Assembly (NCBI GenBank): GCA_964291675.2
Contig: OZ219865.1
Location: 1 to 64,000, forward strand
Direction: 5' to 3'
Source of the DNA: Alphaproteobacteria bacterium
GTDB lineage: Bacteria; Pseudomonadota; Alphaproteobacteria; MPNO01
Length of the DNA stretch: 64,000 bases
Part shown: positions 1 to 9,894 of the stretch, piece by piece
Numbering within the stretch: the stretch's first letter is position 1
How the letters are laid out: every line of letters begins with the position of its first letter
Notes under the pieces: model-generated
What the model saw: only the letters and a program-made list of their open reading frames with translations
What the model was told of the DNA's origin: nothing
Database searches by the model: none
Translations under genes and position numbers: made by a program

Positions 1-605
1 AGCTCGTCGGGTTCGGCGCGCGCCATCAGCAGACGCTGTCGGATGCGCGAGGCGATGGGCTGGAGGTCGGGGCTTCGCAGCTTTGCGAGCAGGCGGTTGT
101 CGCCGGCCAGCACGACGCTGAGGATGGCGCGGGAGTCGAACTCGGTGGAGGTGAGCAGGCGCATCTCGGTCAGCACCTGGTTCGGCAGTTCCTGCGCCTC
201 GTCGACGAGCAGGAGCGGGCGCATGCGGGTGTCGTCGAGGTGGGCGAGCCAGCGCTCGCGCAGCCCTTTGAAGCCGGCCCAGCGGTTGTTGTAGATCAGC
301 GTGATGCCGAAGAGGTCGGCCATCTCGCGGTAGAAGTCGCTGATGTTGGAGGAGGGATGGGACAGCACCGCGACGTTCAGCCCCTCGGTCTGCTCCAGCC
401 GGTTGGCGAGCAGGCGCAGCGCGACGCTCTTGCCGGCGCCGGGCTCGCCGGCGATCAGCGCGAAGCCGCCCTGGCGCACCAGATGATGCTCGATCCTGCG
501 GCAGAAGCTGTCCACGGCGGGGGTGGTCATCAGTCCTTCGACCGGCAGCTCGGTCTCGAATGGGTTCCACTTGAGGCCGTAGAGGGTGAGGTGTTGGCGG
601 TTCAT
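1..605 (-). CDS. ExeA/TnsC-like AAA+ ATPase of transposon (runs off window start)
   Basis: Manual translation from ATG at 605: MNRQHLTLYGLKWNPF...; Walker A GEPGAGKS, Walker B LLLVDEAQ; ATGA overlap with transposase stop. Not in ORF track because it has no stop in the window. Confidence 0.85.
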   Translation of the reverse strand, partial: MNRQHLTLYGLKWNPFETELPVEGLMTTPAVDSFCRRIEHHLVRQGGFALIAGEPGAGKSVALRLLANRLEQTEGLNVAVLSHPSSNISDFYREMADLFGITLIYNNRWAGFKGLRERWLAHLDDTRMRPLLLVDEAQELPNQVLTEMRLLTSTEFDSRAILSVVLAGDNRLLAKLRSPDLQPIASRIRQRLLMARAEPDE

Positions 606-2077
606 GACGGGTCTCCCTGATCGTCGTCCTTGTCGCGGCCGGCGCGTTGCGGATGGGGCAGCCACAGCGGCGGCAGGCCCGTGGCGGCCTGGTCGTCGAG
701 GATGCGCTGGAGCAGCGGCGCCGGCCCCGGTTCGGCGCCCCGCCGCTGTCCTCGCCGACGGGACCTCGGGGACGCCGCACCCCGCCGGCATTGCCGCGCT
801 TGTCGAGCGGGTAGAGGGTGCAAAGCCGCTCGCCGGTGCGGCCGTCGACCAGATCGACGCTGGCCAGGTCCCAGCGCGCGTAGCGGATCCAGAGCTCGGT
901 CAAGTGGCGCCACGGCGCCGGCGCCTGGTAGCGCACGCCCTCGACCGACACGGTGCCGTCGGAGGGCCGCAGCCTGCGCTTTGCGGTGATCCGGAAGGCT
1001 GCCCTGAGCTCGTCCGAGCCCGGGCAGGGCCTCGACGCATCGTCGCTTTCGAGCAGCCGCTTGAGCGGCGTCGTGCCCAGCTCGCGGTGCACGCGGCGGT
1101 GGTAGTCGCGCTCCAGCCATGCGACGGTCGCGTTGTTGAGCGTCTCCAGGGTGAGCGGCTCGACGCCTTCGAGCATGGCCATCAGGCGTCCCTCGACCAA
1201 GGCCCAGAGAACTTCCTGCTTGCCATTCTGGTAGGGGGAGTACGCGAGCGTCGTCGCATGGACGATGCCGAGCCGGTGCAGCCCCTCCTGGACCTCCCCG
1301 GCCATCATCGACGCACCGTTGTCGGTCATCAGCGAGCGCGGCAGGCCACGCTTCATCAGGGCCTGGCAGAGCCCGTGAACGAAGACCTCCGCGGTTTCCG
1401 CCAGATACCATTGCAGGTGGCACCCCAGCCGCGAGTGGTCGTCGAGGAAGCCGAGCAGGATCGGCGTCTTCCACTCGCCCCGCCGCGGTCAGTACCCCGC
1501 GGCGCCCATGGTGATAATCGGCGTGCCAAAGAGCGTGACTGCGCGACACCTCGTAACTCAGCACTTCGCGCGCTTCGACCGCCGGGCGCTCGGCCTCGCG
1601 CTTGAACCCCGGCCGCCGGCGGCGGCGCACCAGCCCCAGCGAGCGCATGACCCGGGTCAGGGTGGTGTAGGACGGCATCGGCCCGAGAGACGGGTCGGCA
1701 TCGACGCGCGCCTGCAGATTGTCGTGGTGAAGCTGGGCCGACCATGACGGGTGCGCCCGGTACTGATCGCGCAGCGCCGCGATCAATACCGCCGACATCG
1801 TCCGCACGCGGCCGACGTCGGTGCGCGCCCGCCGGCGCAGCGCCTTGACCGGATCCTGGTGCGCCGCCCGCGCCTGGTAATACCAGCGTTCGATGGTGGA
1901 GACCGAGAACTGCACCTGGCGGCCGCCGGTCGGATGTTCCCAGCTCTGCCGGGCCAGCCGCTCCAGCGCCGCCCGCAACCGTCCCCTGGGCGGCGGAGAG
2001 GCCAGAAGCGGCCCGACCACCGCGAAGCGCAAACGCGCCCACCCGTCGCGGTCGCCCTTGCCGTTGTTGCTGCCCAT
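602..2077 (-). pseudogene. DDE (rve/Mu-like) transposase with two compensating frameshifts
   Basis: Start MGSNNGKGDRDGWARLRFAVVGPLL with GGGAGA RBS; LWHADYHH, then in the alternate frame LLGFLDDHSRL...LMTDNG...YSPYQNGKQE; C-terminus back in the original frame (PLLQRILDDQAATGLPP). Shifts at C4 runs ~1478-1481 and ~738-741. Confidence 0.8.
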
Positions 2078-2127
2078 GGCGGCGTCTCTCCCTGGCCGGT
2101 GTCCGGGGAGATGCCATGTAGAACGCC

Positions 2128-2742
2128 TCACATGGCGCGAGAAGAAACAGTTTCTGCGGACGGCCCCGGACCATCGCCGAGCGTGCAACAGCCGGTCCAC
2201 GGCATCAGCCAGATCAGGCTCCGCAGCAGCCGGGCACGCTCGCTGCGGCCGCGAATCGAGCGCAGCAGGACCACCAGTGGCGCCTCCCCGGCCGGCACCG
2301 CCAGCTCGCCCCGCTTCCAGCGCCACGGCCGGGTCGCGGGGAAGCTCTCCCGCCACCAGCGCCGCCAGCGGCGCAGCGTCAGCACCGGGATTCCCCACTG
2401 TCGGGCGACCGTCTCCAGCCGCACGCCGCCCGTCTGCAACAACACGCTCACCACCAGGAACAGCGGCGCCACGCGGAAGCGGCGGCCGAAGAAGCGGATA
2501 CTGGGCGGAGTGACCCGGCCCCGGCAGGCGGCGCAGCAAAAGCTGTGGCGCCGCGCGTCCTCTCTCAGCTCGGGCGCCAGACCGTGCGGCTTGCGTGGGT
2601 AGGTCGCGCTATGAAGATGCCCGCCGCAGCGAGCGCATCCAGCCGATCGGCAGGACTCGGCCTCGGTCGCGTCAACCTGCTTCAGGAAGCTCCAGACCCG
2701 GACATTGGAGAACGTGGAACCGATGAACAATGTGTGCGACAT
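2128..2742 (-). CDS. Transposon-associated Zn-finger + HTH protein (DUF6431-like)
   Basis: 204 aa; CARC...CCAAC cysteine pairs, HTH-like LETVARQWGIPVLTLRRWRRWW; first gene of the Zn-finger/DDE/ATPase cassette. Confidence 0.7.
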   Translation of the reverse strand: MSHTLFIGSTFSNVRVWSFLKQVDATEAESCRSAGCARCGGHLHSATYPRKPHGLAPELREDARRHSFCCAACRGRVTPPSIRFFGRRFRVAPLFLVVSVLLQTGGVRLETVARQWGIPVLTLRRWRRWWRESFPATRPWRWKRGELAVPAGEAPLVVLLRSIRGRSERARLLRSLIWLMPWTGCCTLGDGPGPSAETVSSRAM

Positions 2743-2874
2743 TCGGAGCCGTCTCTGGTTGATTCACCGTCACCGAGACAAGCCCCTTGGCGGTCTTCTT
2801 GCAAGATCGCTGAGGGGCACCCCCCATCACCCATCAAATAACTTGAGCGGATTCCCCCGGAATCCCATCAAACA

Positions 2875-3170
2875 AACTGCGCCCTCTCAGCGGCGGCCAT
2901 CGGCCACACGCCGGGGCTGGGCATCGACCCCGGCTGGAACGCGCAACGCGTCGACGTCATGCGCTGGGTGCTGCGGTGCAAGCGCGAGGCGAACCGGGAC
3001 GAGATCGACGCGCTGCTCACCGCGACCGGCGAGCGCCCCATCGTCGAGGTCTCGACCCGAGACCCCTGGTGGGGCACTAAGCCCGTCGCGGACCGCTACG
3101 AAGGCAACAACGTCCTCGGCCGCCTCTGGATGGAACTGCGCCAGCAGCTTCGCGAGGACGACCTTGCGCG
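2875..3170 (+). pseudogene. NADAR/YbiA-family N-glycosidase fragment (C-terminal half)
   Basis: WNAQRVDVMRWVLRCK...IVEVSTRDPWWG...GNNVLGRLWMELRQQL matches the NADAR E-x-S-x-x-D-x-x-WG and G-x-N-x-LG-x-x-x-ME-x-R motifs; N-terminus absent next to the transposon end; native stop lost. Confidence 0.7.
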
Positions 3171-3420
3171 TGTGCGCCCAGGGACACCCCTCCCACAGCT
3201 TGCGCAGGGTGCGCGGCATCCCGCCCCACTCGCCGTCGTTGTGGTTGTAGGAGGGCCAGTCCTCGTCGCGCATCCAGGTGGAGCCGTCGAGCCAGTAGGC
3301 GCCGCCGGGGCAGGTGCGGCGGATCGGTGCGCCGTCCGCGCGGCGCCATTCGTAGCCGATCAGGCGCCGGTCATGGTGGGGAGAGCGGTAGAGGGTGAGC
3401 CGCCACTCGTGCTTGCCGAT
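3165..3420 (-). pseudogene. Fragment of an unknown Trp-rich protein
   Basis: Protein-like segment HEWRLTLYRSPHHDRRLIGYEWRR...WMRDEDWPSYNHNDGEWGGMPRTLRKLW with no own start or stop, between two other fragments. Confidence 0.35.
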
Positions 3421-3428
3421 CGACGGTC

Positions 3429-4022
3429 CTGATCTGCACGGCTTCGGAACAGCTGCAAACATACCTGCGGCAGCACCTCGCGGCGGGGGACGAGGAGGTG
3501 CTGCGTTTCGCGAAGGATCTGGATCACGGGCTTGAAAGCGGGGAGGACGCCATCCTCGCGGCGGCGTCCGAGGAGTATGCACAGGCCGGCGACGCAGGGC
3601 GCGGCGCCTTGCTGCACCGCGTCGCAGACGATCTGGTGCGCTACCTGGACGCCCAGATCGCTTTCGAGGACTTGATGGAACGACTCCAGCCCTGGCTGGA
3701 ACCGCGGGAGTTCCAACCGGGAGAAACGCTGGCCGAGCGGGGCGAGGTTCAAAGCGGCGCGCATTTCCTCGTGGCGGGAGAAGCGTCCATACACGATTCG
3801 ACGGGACGCCGCGTGCACCAGTGCGGTCCGGGCGATGTGATCGAGCCGTGGGCGGCCCTTTCCGATCACGTCGCCTCGTTTACCGCGGTGGCCCGGACGC
3901 CGTGCCGTACGATGATGCTGGAACCGGCCGCGATGGGAATGCTCCAGAACGACGATCGCGAACTCGCGCCGGAACTGTTCGCGTATCTCACAAAAAACCG
4001 CTGGACTCCGAAGGAAATATAG
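3429..4022 (+). pseudogene. 5'-truncated cyclic-nucleotide-binding protein (C-terminus of SulP-STAS-cNMP type)
   Basis: FAKDLDHGLESGEDAIL linker then cNMP domain (FQPGETLAERGE...GPGDVIE); frame continues upstream of the GTG to ~3429 without a clear start. Confidence 0.6.
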
Positions 4023-4043
4023 ACCTCGCCCCGCGCCCCGCCG

Positions 4044-7000
4044 CTACCAGCGGATCGCGGCCTTCAGCGTCACGCCGTGCTCGGGCGGTGCGTTGTCGTT
4101 GGCGGGCTCGCCGCGGGTCGCGTCGAGGGCGATCTCGAAGCCGGGGTCGTCGGGGCGCGCCGCCGTGAGCCGCCAGCCGATCCGCCAGTCGCGCGCCCCG
4201 CCGCTGGACAGGGCGAACCCGACATTGGGCGTGCCCGTGAACGCGCCGCCCAACATCGCGAGCCCGTAGCCCAGCTCGCCCTCCAGCCGGCTCGACGCCT
4301 CGAAACCGGCCTCGCCGTCTGCCGGCGCCAGACCCGCCAGCGTCTCCCGGCTCAGCAGCGCCTCCATCCCGCCCGACGGAGACGCGCCCCAAGACTGCCT
4401 GAGCGACGCCGTCGGGCCGCGCCCGGACGGGGAGCGCGGGTCCCAGGAGAGCGCGCCCGATGCGCCCCACTCCCGGAAGCCGTCCGCCTCGTGCGCCATC
4501 AGGGCGCGGCCCCGCAGGTCGAGGCTGAGCCCGTTCGCCGCATCCGCGAAGGCGAGACCGCCGCCCATGTCGGCGCCCATCCCGGTCTCCGCGTCGCCCC
4601 CGTCGAGCCGCGCGCCGAGCTCGAAGGACGGGGTGACGCTCGCGCCGTCCTTCCCGTTGCCGAGCGGGAAGCGCCGCGAGCCCTCGACGCCGCCGCGCAG
4701 CAGCCATACTTCCGCGTCCGACGCCGCCAGGTTCCCGTTGCCGCCTCCTCGCACCGCCTCCGAAGACGTCCGGGTGAAGCGCGCATCGCTCTTCACCGCC
4801 AGCGCGAGGCCGTTGCCGTCTTCGGGACGGACCACCTCGCTCCGCAGACCGGCCGCGCCCATGCTCATCGAGAGATCCGCCGTCATGCCGGACTGGCCCT
4901 CCGGCGTCACCGTCACCTCGCCCGAGCCCCAGCCCGCCGCCGCCCACAGCGACAGCCGCTCCGTCAGGTCGATCCCGGCATAGGGGTAGAGGCCGGTCAG
5001 GACCGCCTCGATGCCGCCCGAACCGTTCGCGCCCCGCCAGCCGCCCGTGCCGGTCGAATGGCCGAGCGCCAGACCGGCGGTCCAGCGGCCCGTCCCCGAT
5101 CCGGGGACCGAAGCCCAGTCCGCGCCGATCAGACCCGTCGTCACCTCGCCGTCCACCGTCAGGCTCCCCTCGCGGCCGTCGAAGCCGGCGATCGAGGCGC
5201 GGCCCCACAGCGCGGCGAAGCCGCCGCCCTCCCGGCCTCCGCCGGTCAGCGCGAACGACGTGCCCGTGACGAAGTCGCGCTGCGTCAGCGCGCGCGACTC
5301 AGGCTCGGGTCCGGCATCGCCGGCATCCATCTGCGCGAGCCAGGCGGTCATCGACGCCAGCGCCGCCCGGGCCTCTTCCTCCCTGCGCTCCGCGGCGGCC
5401 GCTTCGGCGCCTGCCCCGGCCGCACCCTCCGAGCGCCACGTCGGCAGCGCCCGGCCCGCGAGTCTCGCCTCCGCGCCTGGTGTTCGCGGCACCGCAAGCC
5501 GCGCCTCGACCGCCTCCAGCACCTGCCCCGTCACCGTGCGCCCGAACCGCGCAAGCCAAGCCTCGGGGATCGCGCCGTCGTTGGTGATCGTCCCCGTCGC
5601 CTCGCCGTCCGCGATCCGCGCGCCCTGCGCGTTCGAGAGCCTGAGCGTCAGCGTCTCGCTGCCCTCGTCATGGTCGTCCTCCAGCACCGGCACCGAGACC
5701 GTCTTCTCCGTCTCGCCCGGCTGGAAGGTCAGCGTGCCGGACGTGGCGGTGTAGTCCGACCCCGCCACCGCCGTGCCGTCGGATGTGGCGTATTCCACCG
5801 TCACCGTGCCGGTCGACTCTCGGTCCAGCGTCACCGCGAAGTCGAGCGTCGCGTCCGTGCCCTCCTCGGCCCGCGCGTCCGCCACCGACAGCGCCGCCGG
5901 CGCCAGCACCTCGAACGACAGCGAGAGGGTTCCCAGCATGGAGCCCGAAGCGCGCCGCGCCGCATAGGCCGTCGCGGAGAGCGTGTACGCCCCCGCCGGC
6001 AGGGTCCCGCCATGGAGCGTGCCCTGCATGTCGTCGCCGTAGAGCGAATAGGGCGCGATGTTCTCCGTCGCCGACACCGTCTTCGCCCCCGAGAGCGACA
6101 GCGCGACGCTGCCCACCGTGGCGTTCGTGACCACGTTGGCGCGGATCGCGAAGGTCCCCCCGGAGCGCCCGCCGAGGTCGACCTCCGCGCCGTCCGTCAG
6201 CGCCGCCACCGTCGACTGGTCCGACGCATCCAGCAGCACGAAGCCGGACAGCACCCCCGGCGAGGACTCCGTCCCCGCCTCGACCTCGACCTTGAACGGC
6301 GCCCTGAGCGTGCCCAGCGCCTTGCCCGCGCCGTGCGGATGCTCATGAGCCGTCGCGGTCAGGGTGTACGACCCCGCCGCCAGCGCCCGCCCGTGCTCCG
6401 CGCCCTCGGCATCGCCGAAAAGCGAATACGGCACCACGTTCTCGGTCTGCCTGTGCTCTTCGCTTTTCGCGACCGGATTGCTGAGCGTCAGCACCACGCT
6501 GCCGACCTCCGCGTCCGGATCGACCTCGGCGCGGATGCCGTAGATGCCGACCGCCGACACCGTCACCGTGCCGCCCTCCGTAATCGGACCCAGGTCCGCA
6601 TCCGTCACCGCATCCACCAGCACGAGACCCGTCAGCACCCCCGCCCCCGTGACCGCCGGCTCGCGGGTCACCGTCACCGTGTAGGTCCGCGCATCGCTGC
6701 CGTCGCCGGGCGTCACCGTCACCGTCACCTCGGTCTCGCCCTCGGCGAGCGCCAGCTGGTGGCCGTCCCGCTCCTCGTCCGCGTCCCCGGGCGCGATCGT
6801 CACCGTCGCATCGGCGTAGACCGCCGTGGCCACGACCTCCGCTTCCGCATCCGTGGTCCGGCTCGTATAGCGCGTCGTGGCGCTGGCGAAGATCGGCGAG
6901 ATGTCCAGGTCGTCGATCCACAGAGACGCCAGCTCCCCGCGCGCCGCCGGCGCGCAGACACCGGCGCGGTTGCGGAACACCTGCTCCGCCGCCCGCCAGT

Positions 7001-9740
7001 GCGCCGTCGCCGGCAGGCGCACCCGCAGCAGGCCCCGCTCGTTCGTCGTCGCCCGCACCGGCACCGTCCACGAAAGACCGTCCGCGGCCGCCACCGGCGT
7101 GCCGGCGCGCCCGTTCTCCACCGTGAAGTCCGAGGCCGCGAGCGTCGCGAGCGCATCCACCGCCACCGCGTCGCCGGCCGCGTCCAGGAACGCGACCGAC
7201 ACTTCGACCCGACATCCCCCGGACGATGCGTCGGACTGGCCGGGCCCTCCGGCGGCCGCCTCCGGTACCGAACCCGTCATCTCCGTTTTCAGCGGGAAGG
7301 TCAGCTCCGGCGCGTCCGAGCGCAAGCTGACCGAGACCCGCTCGCCGACATTGTCGGCGCCCCAGGTGAAGCCGGGACTGGCCCAGACATATGTGTGCTT
7401 TGACGGGACATAGATGCTCTCTGGCGGTTTGACAAAGTATCCGGTCCTGGCGTCGAACCGAAACGAGCGGCTGCCGACCTGGAGAATCCAGGACTCCGAG
7501 GCGGGGGGAGGGTTGCCTGAGAATGAAATATTGAGGCCCGCATCGGCGAGGCCCGCCTGAATTATTTTGATCAATGCGATCACGTAGCTCTTGCCGTTGC
7601 GGGTGAAATTCCAAGTCTTGGCGCCGCCGGGGGAAGAGATGGAACCCCTTGAAAGAGAGTAGCCGTAACCCCCGTTGACTTTCGCCACCGTCAGGCAGGC
7701 CGTCGCGAAGGCGTCGGCAGGCTGGCCGGCGGGGCAGTCGGGGGTGTCGTTGGTCGCGCTCAGGGTGAAGTCCGCGACCTCGTTGCCGTTCCCGTCCGCG
7801 AGCCGGTTGCCGCTGCCCGTCGCGGGCTTCGTATAGCTGACCGTCACGCCGGTGTCGGTCGATACCGCCGCGCTGCCGAGCGTCAGCGTCACCGTCCTGC
7901 CGTCGATCGACGGCGAGCCGGTCAGGGTCTCCGTTTGCTCGGTGCCGCCCGACGGCGTCTTCTTCACCGTGAACGCGCCGTTCGCGAGATCGGGCGCCGC
8001 CGCCAGGTCGTCGTCGAAGGCGATGACCAACGACGTGCCGGTTACCGTCGCCGAGCTTGCCGCCGGCGCCGCGCCATCGTCGTTGTCGTTCACCGCCACG
8101 GTCACCGTGCGCTGGGCGAACCCCGCGGCGCTGTGGGTGAGCGTCACCGACTCGTGATCCCCGTCGTCGTCCGCGACGCCGGTTACGGTCACGTTCCGCG
8201 GGGTGTTCCAGTCCGTTGCGATGAAGGTGAGCGAGGCCGGACTGACCGTCGCCGCGTCCGCGTCGCCACTCGCGATGCTCACCGTCACGCTCGCCGACGG
8301 CCGTGCATCGAGCTTCACGGTGTAGCCGGCCGTGCCGCCCTCGTCCACCGCCACATCGGTCCGCGAAAAGACCAGGCCCCTGGCGGCGCCGTTGATGCGG
8401 ATCCTGGTGGCGTTGGAGCCAGCGTCCAGGAAACTGTCCGTCGACGAAGCATCCCGATATTCGGCCACGTCGCGGATGCTCCACCCCGAAGCGGATACCG
8501 CGTCTTCGTCTTCGGAAGCGGTGCCCAGCCAGATCGCCGCACCGCCCTCCGCGACCACCCAGTAGTCGGTCGACGGGTCGAGCGTGACGGTCCCGGACGC
8601 CGTGAAGGCGTAGGTCTTGATGGCATACAAAGCGAGGGCCGCCGGCCCGCGCAGCACCGCCACTTCGACGCCGTCGGCCGAGCCGCTGAATATCTTCACC
8701 GTCGGGGGAATCGTTCCCGAGTGGTTATCGGTGTAGAGCAGGAGGTCGACACTGCGCAGGGTGTACCCCCCGGCGTTGCTGCCGGTCGTGAAGCGCTGCG
8801 CCAGGTCGTTATGGTTGAAACGGCCGCGCACGCCTTCCCGCATCTGCCCGAGGTTGCTCACCAGCGCGTCGGCGGAGGGGGGCATGGTGTTGGAGTCGAG
8901 CGCGGGGTTGACGGTATACTGGTGCGGATAGGTGTCGCTGATCAACGCCTCGTTGTTGTTATCGTCGTCAGTGAAGCTCACCTTCACCCTGATCTTCTCG
9001 AACTGGTCGTCCCTGGTCAGCGTGTAGCTGCTCGACGTCGCCCCGGCAATGTTCAGCGGCTTCGACCTGCCGTCCACCCGAAGCCACTGATAGCTGTAGG
9101 ACACGCCGGTCAGCCCGTCGGCATCGGCGATGCCCGTGGTCGAAGCCGTCAGCGTCTGGCCCACCGTCGCTATCCCCGAAATCCTCGGGGCGCCCGTCGC
9201 CGCGTCGTTCACCGCGGTCACGTCGATCGTCATCGTGTAGGCGTCGGCGCTCTCCGCCTCCCCGTCGCTCACCTTGAACGTGAACGTCGCATACCCGCTC
9301 CCGTGCGCGTTGGCCGCCGGCGTGAACACCAGGTCCCCGTTGTCCAACTGCGCCGTCGTCACCACCCGGTCCGCCGTCACCGCGGCGCCGTCGAGCTCCA
9401 GCGAACCCGCCGACGGTCCCGTCACAATCTTCACGCTCGCCAGCGCGTCGTCCGCGTCCGTGCCCGCGAAGTTGAAGTCGCCCGCCGCGAAGCCGTAGGG
9501 GGTGTCCTCGTCCGTCGTGACCGAGCCGTCCGACGCCGTCGAGCCCTCGGCCGCGGCCACGCTCGACGACGCGGCGGCGCCCGCGCCGGCGAGCAGCAGC
9601 GCCGCCAGCGCAAGGCGCGCCGCGGCACGCGGAAGGCGCCGGCCGGGAGGGCGGCCGTCCGGGCCGCCGACGCAATCCCGGCGCCCGGCGCCCGGCTCGA
9701 ATACAGGGGCGCGCCATGCCCGAACGATCGACCGCATCAT
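4044..9740 (-). CDS. Giant modular autotransporter-type adhesin (cadherin-like/Ig, choice-of-anchor-like, Calx-beta, SwmB-like, cadherin beta-sandwich, C-terminal beta-barrel)
   Basis: ~1900 aa; GGAGG RBS before ATG 9740; extended signal peptide (RLALAALLLAGAGAAA); TDEDT...VTAVND cadherin-like; Calx-beta TVEYATSDGTAVAGSDY; AWLARFGRTV linker; barrel ending in terminal W. Confidence 0.85.
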   Translation of the reverse strand: MMRSIVRAWRAPVFEPGAGRRDCVGGPDGRPPGRRLPRAAARLALAALLLAGAGAAASSSVAAAEGSTASDGSVTTDEDTPYGFAAGDFNFAGTDADDALASVKIVTGPSAGSLELDGAAVTADRVVTTAQLDNGDLVFTPAANAHGSGYATFTFKVSDGEAESADAYTMTIDVTAVNDAATGAPRISGIATVGQTLTASTTGIADADGLTGVSYSYQWLRVDGRSKPLNIAGATSSSYTLTRDDQFEKIRVKVSFTDDDNNNEALISDTYPHQYTVNPALDSNTMPPSADALVSNLGQMREGVRGRFNHNDLAQRFTTGSNAGGYTLRSVDLLLYTDNHSGTIPPTVKIFSGSADGVEVAVLRGPAALALYAIKTYAFTASGTVTLDPSTDYWVVAEGGAAIWLGTASEDEDAVSASGWSIRDVAEYRDASSTDSFLDAGSNATRIRINGAARGLVFSRTDVAVDEGGTAGYTVKLDARPSASVTVSIASGDADAATVSPASLTFIATDWNTPRNVTVTGVADDDGDHESVTLTHSAAGFAQRTVTVAVNDNDDGAAPAASSATVTGTSLVIAFDDDLAAAPDLANGAFTVKKTPSGGTEQTETLTGSPSIDGRTVTLTLGSAAVSTDTGVTVSYTKPATGSGNRLADGNGNEVADFTLSATNDTPDCPAGQPADAFATACLTVAKVNGGYGYSLSRGSISSPGGAKTWNFTRNGKSYVIALIKIIQAGLADAGLNISFSGNPPPASESWILQVGSRSFRFDARTGYFVKPPESIYVPSKHTYVWASPGFTWGADNVGERVSVSLRSDAPELTFPLKTEMTGSVPEAAAGGPGQSDASSGGCRVEVSVAFLDAAGDAVAVDALATLAASDFTVENGRAGTPVAAADGLSWTVPVRATTNERGLLRVRLPATAHWRAAEQVFRNRAGVCAPAARGELASLWIDDLDISPIFASATTRYTSRTTDAEAEVVATAVYADATVTIAPGDADEERDGHQLALAEGETEVTVTVTPGDGSDARTYTVTVTREPAVTGAGVLTGLVLVDAVTDADLGPITEGGTVTVSAVGIYGIRAEVDPDAEVGSVVLTLSNPVAKSEEHRQTENVVPYSLFGDAEGAEHGRALAAGSYTLTATAHEHPHGAGKALGTLRAPFKVEVEAGTESSPGVLSGFVLLDASDQSTVAALTDGAEVDLGGRSGGTFAIRANVVTNATVGSVALSLSGAKTVSATENIAPYSLYGDDMQGTLHGGTLPAGAYTLSATAYAARRASGSMLGTLSLSFEVLAPAALSVADARAEEGTDATLDFAVTLDRESTGTVTVEYATSDGTAVAGSDYTATSGTLTFQPGETEKTVSVPVLEDDHDEGSETLTLRLSNAQGARIADGEATGTITNDGAIPEAWLARFGRTVTGQVLEAVEARLAVPRTPGAEARLAGRALPTWRSEGAAGAGAEAAAAERREEEARAALASMTAWLAQMDAGDAGPEPESRALTQRDFVTGTSFALTGGGREGGGFAALWGRASIAGFDGREGSLTVDGEVTTGLIGADWASVPGSGTGRWTAGLALGHSTGTGGWRGANGSGGIEAVLTGLYPYAGIDLTERLSLWAAAGWGSGEVTVTPEGQSGMTADLSMSMGAAGLRSEVVRPEDGNGLALAVKSDARFTRTSSEAVRGGGNGNLAASDAEVWLLRGGVEGSRRFPLGNGKDGASVTPSFELGARLDGGDAETGMGADMGGGLAFADAANGLSLDLRGRALMAHEADGFREWGASGALSWDPRSPSGRGPTASLRQSWGASPSGGMEALLSRETLAGLAPADGEAGFEASSRLEGELGYGLAMLGGAFTGTPNVGFALSSGGARDWRIGWRLTAARPDDPGFEIALDATRGEPANDNAPPEHGVTLKAAIRW

Positions 9741-9894
9741 CGTCCATGCCTCCCAACTCACGCCGGCGACACCCGGCCAAGCTCCACGGTCTGGCAGCGC
9801 TGCAATCCCGGCGCTCCGGTCCACTAACCCGCCTGTCCCGTTCGGGGAGACAACTCGATATGTCTCCGCCGCGTGGTGCTCGTACCAACGGGCA

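Larger units (their letters stand above)
1..2874 (-). mobile_element. Three-gene transposon (Zn-finger/HTH, DDE transposase, AAA ATPase); one end at ~2874
   Basis: Minus-strand end reads TGTTTGATGGG...; CCCATCA repeated at 2823, 2830 and 2864; GGATTCC-ccc-GGAATCC inverted repeat at 2849-2865. Other end is outside the window. Confidence 0.7.

Noticed and set aside
4077-9827. Very long plus-strand ORFs (1108 aa, 630 aa) and other shadow ORFs throughout
   Set aside because: Arg/Pro/Ala-rich antisense or off-frame products of high-GC genes with no recognisable motifs.
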